64,000 nt of DNA from Setoptus koraiensis (Eukaryota; Animalia; Arthropoda), in the NCBI GenBank assembly GCA_048013815.1, contig CM106585.1:5146001-5210000 (forward strand), given 5' to 3'. The notes under the pieces are model-generated. The model searched no databases and was not told where the DNA came from. It was given only the letters and a program-made list of their open reading frames with translations. This document shows, piece after piece, positions 1 through 12,007 of this stretch; the stretch's first letter is position 1, and each line of letters opens with the position of its first letter. The translations under genes and the position numbers were made by a program.

Positions 1-1364
1 ATAGTGTGTGTGTGCCAACTTCCGGGTTTGACCCACAGGCAAACAAATTATTAGCATGTATTCATCAACACACAACAAGCACGCAGACAAATAGGCAAGA
101 CGAGACGACTAACGAATTAACGGAACCTACCTTGCGCATTCCCATCAGATTGGTCTTGTTGCACTTGTTGCTGTTGTTGTTGTTGTTGTTCTGGTAGCCG
201 TGCTACTACATACTGCTAGAGACTACTAAAGGCATTGGGTAACAGTAACAACAACATACGTTACGTCACACACACACACACACTCTCACATGATAGCGGG
301 CGAGAGATGTGGCAATAGTTGTGGCGCTTGTAGTTAGTACCATTATTGTTCAACATTTTTTTACACGTTGACCGCTAGCCAAGCTAGGCCACTCTCGCTC
401 AATGGACAGGTTCGGCCCCCACACCTGCTCGTTGCTGTGTTGTAAGTGTCGATCATCATGTGACCAGATGGGTGGCAAACTATTATATAACATTTATAGT
501 GCTCATCTGTCAAGTGGTCAGTTATCCCTCTATCAAAGGCTAACCGTTAAAACTGTTGCCGTTACTTTACTTACATAACCACTGCTGCTGTAGCTGTTCT
601 AGCCACTTTCTACCGTTAGCCACACTACTCTCTACTTACGTACTTTATACACGATTATAACATAAGCTTGATAATAACTTAACCCACACCTTTTCAAGGC
701 TCATCTCATCAGCTCCATTACTCCTAGTTTATGGCCGCCTCACACACACATTACAAAGTGGACGGTCTCACAATGGTCAGAGGTACAATGTTTAGCTGTT
801 TCTTGGCTCGCTAAAAACCGGTGAGTAAGCTAGAGAGTTAGCTCGAAGCAAAAGTGAGAAAAAAAGAAGCGAGAGTGACGCCACTTAGCTAAAGACGGCC
901 CATATTTGTTATTTAATGTACAAACAAGTTGTGAACATCCGTTAGTTTAATTGAGTGAGCTGTAATGGTCAATTCAACAGAAACTACAAATTGAAGGTCC
1001 ATATAACAGCAACGACAGCAATAGTTGAAAATTTTGTTTAAAGTGACCAGTGAATAATTGTCGGTCGAACCAAAAGCAAGTTCATTCGCAAATCAAACAA
1101 GCAACAGACAACTTTGTAAAATTTAATTCCGCGCACCAACTCTACAGACAAGATTCACAAATCGACACCCCAAACTGCAAACACACACATACACTTTACA
1201 AGCTGTAAGAATTAATCGTAAACTCAAACACTAATAACTGTATCCCTTAAAACTAAGGTAACTAGATAATCATCGATCTACTGTTCTGTTCTCCTCATAT
1301 CCAATTAATTCATATCGCCGGTACAGATTATTAGAAACCAGAACCAAACAAACAAACACACAAA

Positions 1365-1731
1365 ATGAAATTCTTCAGAGTTTTCTCCATGCTTATGGTG
1401 GTGGCCGTTGTTGTTGCAGTATTCACATCACATAATGTTGAGGCTGGCAAAAAGAAGATGCTCAAGAAGGCAGCATTGACCGCTATGCTCTTGAAGGGTG
1501 GCAAAAAGATCCTCTTGCCCCTACCAATACCCATTCCAATTCCGTAAGTTACACAACAATAACACCAACAAAAATTCTGCCACATCCTTCACATATGCTC
1601 AATTGACTCATCCATTGACTTCCTTTTTCCGGTTTCTCGTTACGTGCCATTTGTTTGACAGATTCTTGAAGCAAAAAGAGCCAGTCTACTACCCCCAACC
1701 ATCGTATTCTTCATCGTATTCCTCATACTGA
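1365..1731 (+). CDS. Small secreted cationic Pro-rich peptide, 82 aa, 2 exons: join(1365..1543,1662..1731)
   Basis: ATG at 1365, signal-peptide-like N-terminus ending VEA, GTAAGT donor at 1544 and TTTGACAG acceptor ending 1661. Splicing joins two ORF-track frames into ...LLPLPIPIPIP-FLKQKEPVYYPQPSYSSSYSSY*. Confidence 0.8.
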
Positions 1732-3373
1732 AAGCATTATCATATAATCAATTGATTCATAAGTTTCATCATTCTATAGCCGATACCGACATGTTTAGCA
1801 CGCACACACAATATGGAAAGACAGAGGTTTGGCCGCAAATATTTATTTATGCAACAACTTGAATCGCCCAATTCACTCCGAACTATCAGACTTGCTGATA
1901 CTACATATCTAATCCCCATAAGGCTCCCGATCCCTCCTATTCCGTAAAACTGGGCACAGATTCCGATAAACTAGATAGATCTATCCTAGAATTAATCCAG
2001 TCATTGCACGCAGACACATATACAATCACTGGCCACCGCTCACATTCAAATATATGAACAAGAGGAAACAGTAGCATAGAAATGCGAGCTGCATCAAGAG
2101 AAGTAAAACCACAATACAATCGGTCTATTGATTCGAAAAAAGATGGAGGGTATGCTCAAACGGTGCCATAGTGTGTTAATGATGCATTTAAAAGATGGTG
2201 CTCGCCAAAGTGAACGATGTTTTGGGTGTTGTTGTTGTTTGATGAATTAAAACAAGCAATTAAACATTTAGTCTCAAACTAATGAACAAGGGTCCACTTG
2301 TCTATTAGGCTTTATCTATTTAATTGTTGAGGTCTAGCACCTGTTTGTATTTTTATTCGTTTTTTCTCAATGTATAAGTGCGAGTTTTTGGGTGTATCTA
2401 ACTGTTTCTCGATGTACTAATTTTAAGGCGGGGTTTCCCCCTTCCAAAATGCTACGAGTATTAAGCGTATTACAAGTGTTGCGTCTAGGGATTTACTATA
2501 GCAGCCTGCTTCCGAGAGATGGCTTGACAAACATTAACCTAGTCCTTGTTTAGTATTTTATTCATTACTAATTTGTCGTTTGCGCTTCAATTATTCCACT
2601 TGATCTCTGATTGGAATAGGTTCTAGTATAGATGAAGATTTGCTACGCATTCTTCTTCGGTCATGTTTCTTTATCCTCTTTCTTTCTTTATTTATGACGG
2701 CGATTCTCATAGACCCGAGCCCTCAATCTCTAACTCGATTCTCTATGGTTCTTAGTGTTGTACAAAATTCCCCTTGTAGACTATATATTATAGAATTGAA
2801 GATCAATGCTTATTTAAATAAAATTAAAAATTAACCTATGGTAGAATTTTTATGACGATGGACCATATAGATGAGAGATGTGGCTTCTTCTTGGTCGATT
2901 GCAATTTAATACAAAAGGATGAGCAAGTTTGATCGCCCAAAAGCCTTATGGGTTGCGGTTATACCACAATATATAAATATATATGTACATATTACTACTG
3001 TTTTTTTAGTCAGAGTTAGTCACTGTAATTCGTAGAGTAGCGATTTCAATCACTGTCGAATATATTAATTGCCCGGTGCTTGTGCAACTCATACGTCGTC
3101 GTTCTAGCTAATTTCAAAGAAGGGTTTCTTCACAACAACCAATCTCGATGGCGTCCACATGGTTTTACAATTGATAGATGTTTAAGAACAAATGTAAAAT
3201 ACCACTTGAATTAAATGTAACAACAACAACAGCAGTAATAACAATCAGTAAAAATAACGGTAACAGCAGATCATCATCGACAGCAAACATCAATCATTTA
3301 ACCAGAGTTCGACCCTAAATAGATAAGTTCCTCAAATTGAGTCTTTTGAGACATGATTCAGTAGTCTATCGAT

Positions 3374-3862
3374 CTATGCCATCTGGGTGGTAGTCTTATT
3401 GGCCAGAGTGTTGATGACTCGATTATTCTTTGTACGGATAGCTAACAAATTGTTAGCTGCCTTTCTTATTATATCACTATTGGTAAAATTGTTTGTTCCA
3501 CTTGTCAAGGGTACTTCCGGTGGCGAGCTAATAGTGTGACTTTTGATTAATTTGCTTGACGATGCTAGCTGCGATGACGATTGCATGTTATGTAATGGCA
3601 TACTTTGTTGACTGGTCAAAGGATTATGTTGTTGTTGCTGCTGATAAAGATTGTTATTACTATTATTATTGTTGTTGTTGCTATTGGTGGCATTTAGATT
3701 GCTATTCGGAGTCATTGCAGTGGAGACTTGTTGTTGTAGCTGTTGTTGATTTTGGTTTATGTTCATTTGACGTTGATTTCGACGACGACGATCGATCAAT
3801 ATATATAGTCTATTGATCCAGTTCCAACCATGACGGAACCAGTTGCACAGGCGGGCTAATTG
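3374..3862 (-). CDS. Putative stop-codon readthrough extension of Ace (162 aa, Q/N/S-rich)
   Basis: In frame with the Ace TGA at 3865-3863; context TGA CAA TTA G; open to TAG at 3376-3374. Confidence 0.55.
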   Translation of the reverse strand, partial: QLARLCNWFRHGWNWINRLYILIDRRRRNQRQMNINQNQQQLQQQVSTAMTPNSNLNATNSNNNNNNSNNNLYQQQQQHNPLTSQQSMPLHNMQSSSQLASSSKLIKSHTISSPPEVPLTSGTNNFTNSDIIRKAANNLLAIRTKNNRVINTLANKTTTQMA

Positions 3863-6800
3863 TCAATCACCTGCGGTGACAGTGAAGTCTGGCTTCCACA
3901 ACCGTTTGGCCAAAACTAAGAGTAATAGTATCAAAATTATCACTATGATTCCCAATATTATAAATAGGTACGATTGCCTGTTGCTACCTAGTGAAAATCT
4001 TGTCTTTGAGATGTCGTTATGATTGCCCTGGCATTCGTGGCTCCCTTGTGTGCTAGCTAGATGGTTTAAAGGATTTAAGTGATACACAAGAAAAGTATCT
4101 CGCCGTTAGAAACTGGTGATAGTATCACAATATCAATGATGTAATAATACATGTTATATTGACAACAAGGCTTACTTGTATTATTCACTAGCTTGGGCAA
4201 GTAGTGCAGCCAAAAAGCACATTTCTTGGCCCTCGGGCCATGTCCGATGCGAGTACCTGGGCCTACCTGCAACTCCAAGTACTCTCTATTATGTGAATAT
4301 TGGGGCCACTGCTCACTCAATAGATTTGTCTCGTTGATACGCGTAGGATTCCTATAAGATATTATAAAAATGTGCATGAGTTAGTAGGTAGGTAATTCAA
4401 TAGACGTCTAGATAGACTGATCTCTGTTGTTTGTGTATTTACCCGTATTTGGCAAAATTGGCCCAATAGTTCATCATGCGCCGACTCAGTTGAACCTCTT
4501 GAGGTGAATATCCGTAGGCTGGATTGAGAGGTTCACCAAAGATAAAATTTATTTCATCGGCGTGCAGCACTCCCATCCACTCTGGCCAAGGACTTACGGT
4601 TGAGCGATGCTTAAAATAATACATGTAGACAGAGTTTCCGCTTTGGGCGTACTTAATTGCAAATTCATTAACGTGACAAGTGAAAAAGTAGTCACCCACT
4701 ATCTTGTCCATGGCATCATAATTAGAAATGGAATCATTCGGATTATTCCAATTGGTATATTCATAGATTATTGCCTCTCTACCCAGAGTCTGGTATGCAA
4801 ACGGATTTAGGTCATCTTTAACTAGACGCAAGAAGTCCTCTCGCTCCATACTAAGATGATCTGGTGGCCTGCATGTTGGTCCACCATCTAATTGCGACGC
4901 GTCTTGCCCAGTGTTTTGAGACATAGATGAAGGAGATCCAGAATCATAGAGATTATTGAGCTGGTGCTGTTGTTTATTGTTGATATTACTCTGCTGGTAT
5001 TGTTTGCTAACACTCATGTACTGATCATCATTTAGATCATCATCTTGACCTCGTTGATTGTTTATATTGTTGTTGTTTTGATTGTTCAGTGTAGATAGTA
5101 GCCGCCTATTATCAATACTGTTCAATTTGTTTGATGCCACTGACATCGGCTGTGATTGTATAGAATCATCTAACGGCGAAGACGGTGGAGCTACTGTTGT
5201 CGACTGTGCCGAAATGCTACCACCATTACCAGTACTACTGCCAGTTGGGCATCTATTAAATTCTGGTATATGGTATATTAGAAAGAAGTTGCCCTCGTCA
5301 GAGTTGCTGCCCAATAATAGACGCGTCTTTTTGAAATTAGATTTGGCTAAAGATTCGGCTGGTTGTTCCAATAAGAACGAGCCATCAACAACTGGCACAA
5401 ATGAAAAGTCAACGACATTCTTATAATGGCCTACATCTTGTGTGACCATTGTCATAGGATCGGCTTTTACGAGGCACTGAATAACGGCGTCCAGATCACT
5501 TATATCAGATGGACAATTTAGAGCTCTGGCTAACTCAAGACCTAGGGCCATCATCTCTTTGGTGTCTTTGATCCCCCAGGGATTTGTAGCGGCTCCCGAT
5601 TGCAGAATGGCCTGGCTAAACAGGTTACGCGACAGTGGCGACAACAAATGATAGGCCACACTGACAGCACCCGCCGATTCGCCAAATATCGTTATTCTAT
5701 TTGGGTCGCCGCCAAATTGTTCAATGTTGTCATTAAGCCATTGCAGAGCCATCAATTGATCGAATAGACCAGAGTTACCTGGCGCATCCGGTGAGCCAAG
5801 ATAGAGAAAACCAAGTGCGGCGACGCGATAATTCATGCTAACAACAAGTATGTCTTCTTCGCTTGCCAATATACCACCATCGTAGATAGATAACGAGGAG
5901 GTACCGTAATAGAAGCCTCCGCCGAATATCCACACAAGCACCGGACGCAATCTCTTGGAATCGGGTTCACGCTGTTCATTGTTATTATTGTTACCATTAT
6001 CATTGCTATTTGTAGTTGCCGATTGTGATGAATATCTTGTGTTGGACGAACCTCGCCTAAAATAGCCACTTGTTTCACCATCATTAGTATCCAGGTAGCC
6101 ACTATTAACAGCAGCGCCATCTGACATCCATGAAGATATATTATCCTCGTTGTTTCCATTGTTAGACTGTCTATAGGTGTATTTGATAGAGGAGCCCAAT
6201 GGAGCCCAAATATTCAAATGCAAACAGTCCTCATCCAACGGTGTGTTGGCATTCCACATGGAGGTGCCACGAAATGAATTGCCAAAGAAAGTGTCATTGA
6301 TTTGATAGCATGAATTAGCGAACTTACTTGCGTCTAATTCACCTTGCCAAGGATCAATTGGTTGTGGATGACGAAATCTATATTTACCAATTGGTGGCTT
6401 CGCATAGGGAACACCGAGAAATACCTCAACACTTTTACCTGTCACTTTCTGTTGAATTATTCCACGGACGAGACCCTTGTTGGTTTGTACCAACGGTCTC
6501 TGGCTGCTATAAGGTGTTGCTCTAGGTTTTGTTTTGTGACGTGGCGTCGACGATGGCGTCTGCTTGTCAGTTGTATCTCTTCTTTGGTGTGTTTTCTTGG
6601 CTCGTTCTCTGATTCTAACGTCGTCGGCTTGAGTGCGCTTCAAATCTTGTATCGCAGCCCCAAAGAAACTATTGCTATTCTCGTCGTTCTTAGGTGTTTT
6701 GTCATGATCTGCCTCAGTTTTTTGTTGTGCTCCAACTTGGTACTGGGCATGTTTAGACATCTCAATCATACCGTTTCTATCGTCTTGAGGTAAATTCAGA

Positions 6801-9097
6801 TCGTAAGTCTGCTCTATGGTGTGCTTCAATTTTGAATCGGATTTCGCTGACTCGAATAGAATATTGGTCATTTTGTGTTGCTCGTTGACGTTTCTACTGT
6901 CGCCCCGCTGCAATAAATCTGATGCCGAGTTATTGTAGTTATATGTAGCGGAAGATAATAGCGGATATAAAGAGGAACTATGTTCTGTGTCAGTGAAGTG
7001 TAAACCTGGCTTTGTTTTGTTTTGTGTTTGCACCACATCCCTAAACAATTTTCCATCAATAATTGGTTCATTAGCATCAGATGGCAACGGTGACAAATTA
7101 TTTATGGTGGAACTGGTGGTAGCTTGACTCGTACTTTTATGATGCCTACTATTGCTAGTACTCCCCTCTAAGGATGACCATTCATCTATTCCTATAATCG
7201 TTGATTGTGACAGCTTCTGACTGGACGACAATTCTGATGATGCTATATTGGGGCCTAAGTTAATATGAAAACTATCTACACTTAAAATAGTTGGCAAACC
7301 AATATAAATTGATCTTGTTAACGATGGGCTAGAACTAATAGCACCCATAGATGATTGTATTGTGCGATGTAACGATGGTAAGTATTCGTTCAATAGTGAT
7401 AGAAATAATATTACAAATAAAACAAGCGCGTTGGTGGCCTTACAGGACGTCCGTGACTTATGTGGTGATTGAATCTTTGCATTGAAAAACATCTTAGGTA
7501 CAGTGATACTTCCTCGATAGTTTTGGTGGTGGCGACCTGGCAGGCAAGAGTACTGCTTCAGTTGGTTATGACGAGAGTTACTGTTACGAAACAGTGAAAA
7601 ATCATCCGAAGCTTTGCTAAATTTAGTGTAAGCCCCATTACAGATTGTTGTCTGTTGTTCAATAAATGATGATGATATCTTCTTCAAATGTTGATCATGA
7701 CCCAGTCTCTCTTCATCCATTAATTTATAGCAATCTTCTCGTCTTGAATTTATCAGATGTGGATCAATTAAACATGATTCCATTGCATGATTCCTATCTT
7801 GTTGGAACTTTTTGTAAATTGGAGCTCTTTTCAATGTTTGTGTATAGTTGATTGAACTGAGTTCTAATCGGTCGGTATTAGTAGCAACATGGCAATTGTT
7901 GTAAGCCAGGCATTTAGGACGTCGACATAGGTTAAAATGTGGGCTCATATGTTCGATAAAGTTTATCCTAAATATTTCAAGTGAGCAATTGATAATATTA
8001 TTCGAGACTTTATCTGATGATGAATACGACTTTCTCAACTGTAGTACATAGGAAAAAAACTCGGAGATGGTGATAATCAGCGAGATATTTCTGCATGTCA
8101 GCCTCTTTGTTGAAAGAAGAACGAAGGACCATCGTTGTAGTTGAATATTACAATAATTAGTCTCTATCAGTATTGCGATGATTTCCTCTTCTTGATCATG
8201 ATAAGTAATTAGGTTTTCGCTCTGTCTGCCAACTATCTTAGAAGCGTTAGCAGAAGAACTAATATATCGACCGAGGCCAGCTATTAGTGACCCAATGATA
8301 ATTTTGTACTGATGAAGATAATCTTCCAATGTGAAAATTTGTCCATCATACTTGAGTCCACGTTTCGAGCATTGGTTGCTGTTGCCATCTTGTTGAGTAA
8401 AACAAACAATAAGTTGTGCTTGGCGCGAATATGACGATAACCAGATTAGAAATCTAACTTTATGTATATGTGTGAACTCCATCATTACCAATGGTTTTTG
8501 GATTCTTATATGTAGTTGCTGATCACCAGTATTATCGACAACTTGCAGCTTTTGGTATGTATTAGTTTCTGACTTATACTGGATCTCCATAGATGACAAC
8601 AACGCACTCAATAACCGGATGATATCATCTTCAGTGATTTCAACTTGTCTAGATAAATCGAATGATTGCTGGATGAACCAATCAAAACTGTTATACACTG
8701 GTATGTGCTCGTTGTTGCTGATACTGAATAAGTACAATCTAGAATGATGGTAATATTGTTTGCCTATAGATTGATTGTCGGTGTTGATTATCATCGTTTC
8801 GCAGCCATGAAGAGTAGGCAGCATTGTAGATGGCAGAGTGGTTGGGCACCAAGTATCTATGGCTAGTCTAGAAAAAGCAAATATGGTAGTGGTGATGGTG
8901 GTAATGTGATTTGCATAATATGAAATTGTTGCTGGATTCCGCTTACATGCAATAGCTGTTGTATAGATATAGATATAATAACTTGTTAAGTAGACTATGC
9001 CATGACTATGATCGGCTTGACATCCAGCTGATTTGCGACAGCAAATATTGGCTTTAACAACAACAAAATCACTATAATAGTGATTAGTCATGCACAT
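3863..9097 (-). CDS. Ace: Acetylcholinesterase (ace1-type), about 1674 aa, 3 exons: 9097..4443, 4351..4176, 4056..3863 (alternative in-frame acceptor at 4098)
   Basis: Motifs MWNANT (choline-site Trp), EDCLHLNIW, WIFGGGF, FGESAG (catalytic Ser), SNSDEGNFF (Glu), GVLHADEI (His) and CAFW. GT-AG introns of 91 and 119 nt keep the frame. The true start codon is uncertain; 9097 is the first ATG of the open frame. Confidence 0.93.
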
Positions 9098-11943
9098 GGG
9101 TCGTGGTGGGTTCAATTGACAATGATGAGAGCAATGGTGAGAATTATTGTGAGAGTTGCTGGATTTATAGTTGTAGTTAGAATTGAAGTAAATGCTGTAG
9201 CCTCTACTGTCTCGGTGGTAGTTGAATTGGTTGTTGTTTTTGTTGTTATAATCTACTCTTTTATAACTGGAATTGCAATTTATAATAGTTGCGGTTTTTC
9301 GTTACTGATATTAGTGCTGTTGAGGATTGAATTATTATCGGAAGTGGTGCTAAATTCATAATGGGACCATTATTATCAACATGATAACATGATTCGTTTG
9401 TCTTTGTTAATGTAAAACGATGCATCTTTGAAAATGTGTCGCTACGATGCTCAAATGATTTACATATTGTCTGATCCCTGCGTTCATCTTAAATCTGTTG
9501 ACAGTTGCTTTTGTATAACTATACATGTTTTGAATTATTACGGCTCTCAAAAATATTTTTGTGTTGTTATGATTAAGCTCACCAATATTTGTGCCATGGA
9601 ATTAGCGAACGAACAACGAAAAAACTTACTATTATTAGTATTAGTCATCAAGAGCCCAAAAGATACTCTCCGTTCACTTTTGATTCAAATAATTCACATC
9701 GATATAAACCAACTCATTAGATATCCACTGTCGTTATTCAAGATTTGAAAGTTTACTGATGAAAACCTCCTGAAAATTCACGCTACTAAATGGCTGATTC
9801 TCATGTGACAGTTGAGAGTTGAAGTGCATTAGCTTGCTTAGACCTACTGCTGCGAACATAATGACACCAAGAGGATTTATATTCGTGTTGATGAGTCCCG
9901 AGTTGGAGCTGAACCTATTCTATGTCCCTTCACTTAAATTTCTCTACTGTAATCATAATCTCACAATCCACAATTAGTCGAATTGCCTGCCGTCAAGCCT
10001 TGAAAATCGAAACGCGCACCTGTGAGGCTTATTTTCTATCTACCAGCTACAAGTTCACCAAGTTTGAGAGACAGATAATTTGTGTGCGTGTGAATGAGTC
10101 TCGTTTGTATATTGTGATTTCGAACATGATCGACGAATCAGCGCACAAACAACTATGTCTAGGAAGTATTGTATTGTCTGGACAGAGAGGCTGCTCTGTT
10201 CTGGATAAAGTTTTCATGGCTACACTTGACACAATTGCACAGAATGGATTGACTACAAATTGATTTGTAGTCTTCGTTGATAGCTGTTTTATAGATGGTA
10301 AAAACGTCTGCAATATATTGATGTTAATTTCTATGGTATCCGTAAATGATGAGGCGTCACTTTGTGGATAAAAAATTAGAAAAGATCAAGACAATGATAA
10401 AATGTCGTTATTAAATTGGGCTGAGTAAATAGAGGAACGTGAAGCCTAATAGTAATGGGAGGCCTTGAATCAATCTAACACTATGTGATAATGGACAAAA
10501 CTCTGACACACATTACTGTGATTGATGATGCAAATTGAGTGGATCCTCGGTTGATAGACCCGACTTTTGTCCCTTCTTTTCATTGTCTGAGATTTTCTTT
10601 CGATATTGATAGCTACGCTATGTAGCTCGCTCAATTACACCATCATGGAAAGAAAACTATTTGTTGTTTTTTCAGCTACATCTATTGAGTTGTTCGCTCT
10701 GGTGATCATAAACATATATTATATCAATTATTCTATATATTCTGACCAGATCATTGTGTCTATTCAGAGAATATATCGCTAGCAAAAAAAAATCCAAATT
10801 CTTTCCAGTTTCATTGTTGTTTCTTTACTTTACAAACGGACGGATATTAATGAACTGACTGTAGTATTTGCTGTTCCATCTATCTCAGCATAAGTATCTA
10901 TATAAGTTTATCATTGGTCATCTCGTGTGGGATGCACTAGATTGTTCTGGGGAGGCGAGCGCGCTCTTTGTTTGCTGTTGTTAGTTCTGGTTTGAGTGAG
11001 ACTTGTGCATATCTAGATCATGCACCTAATCTCACACCTCTTCTCTTGTCTGTATATTCGATACATAAACCTATAAAACTTCACATATGCACATGTTTGT
11101 ACAATTCACCTTACTCCAACAATAGTTTCTCTCTATCTTCAATATTTACCAAAGTATTTCAGCTATCATTTAGATGATATATGATGATATGTGGTCAATT
11201 GATAGTCTACTTATATTTACAATAACATCAACAATAGTATGTAGCTAATTCTTCCTGAAACACTCGACCCCTGTTCGATAGGCTCTGATCAAAACTGGGC
11301 TAAACAGGGCCAGCGACACCATGCAAGCTAAAACTCATGAAACTCTAATTTGAGTCAAGTCTAGGTATTTTGAAATTTGTTCATATTACCTACTATTGAT
11401 AGATTCACACAAGTTGGGGGCCCTTAATTTTCCACACTCCACTACTTAGTCGATGAAGCATCGCTAAGTTGGGCCAACTTCACGAGGCAATAAGTTAGTT
11501 CATTCAGCTACCGTTAACTGAATAAATGCACTTAGACGTATCTTCCATGCTTGAATTGAGTTTATTCGTGCTCGTTGTGTGTCAGAGTTTAATCTTTTGT
11601 TGGTCATGTAGAGTTTGTTGTTGTGTTTATAAAGCCAATTGAATATTAGGGGAGAGACAGACAGAGAGAGAGAGAGGAAGGCAACAATATTAAGCGATAT
11701 AAGCTATGTTGTTGTTGTTCAGGCTAGATAAGTCTGTCATGTTGATGTCTATTGCTATTGTCCGCGCAATACTGTGTGATGTTCGTCTATTTTATATCTC
11801 GTGCTTGCGTGTTTGTTTTTCTGTACCTCGATACCTCAGTAATAATTCGGTATTAACAGTAGCAACCTCTATGCAGCACCACTATAGATCCATTCAACCA
11901 GCAATAACAACATCAATTACAAGTAACAGCATGAAAGAGTGAC

Positions 11944-11946
<3 letters not shown>

Positions 11947-12002
<56 letters not shown>
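11947..12002. repeat. (TC)28 microsatellite
   Basis: Perfect dinucleotide run read directly. Confidence 0.95.

Positions 12003-12007
<5 letters not shown>

Noticed and set aside
3856-3870. CAG|GTGATTGACAATTAG| looks like a GT-AG intron whose removal would delete the Ace stop in frame
   Set aside because: At 15 nt it is far below the minimum spliceosomal intron size; readthrough explains the same frame better. Gene predictors may call it wrongly.
11523-11532. TAAATGCACT matches the 5' end of miR-277
   Set aside because: The rest diverges and I see no complementary arm to form a hairpin.
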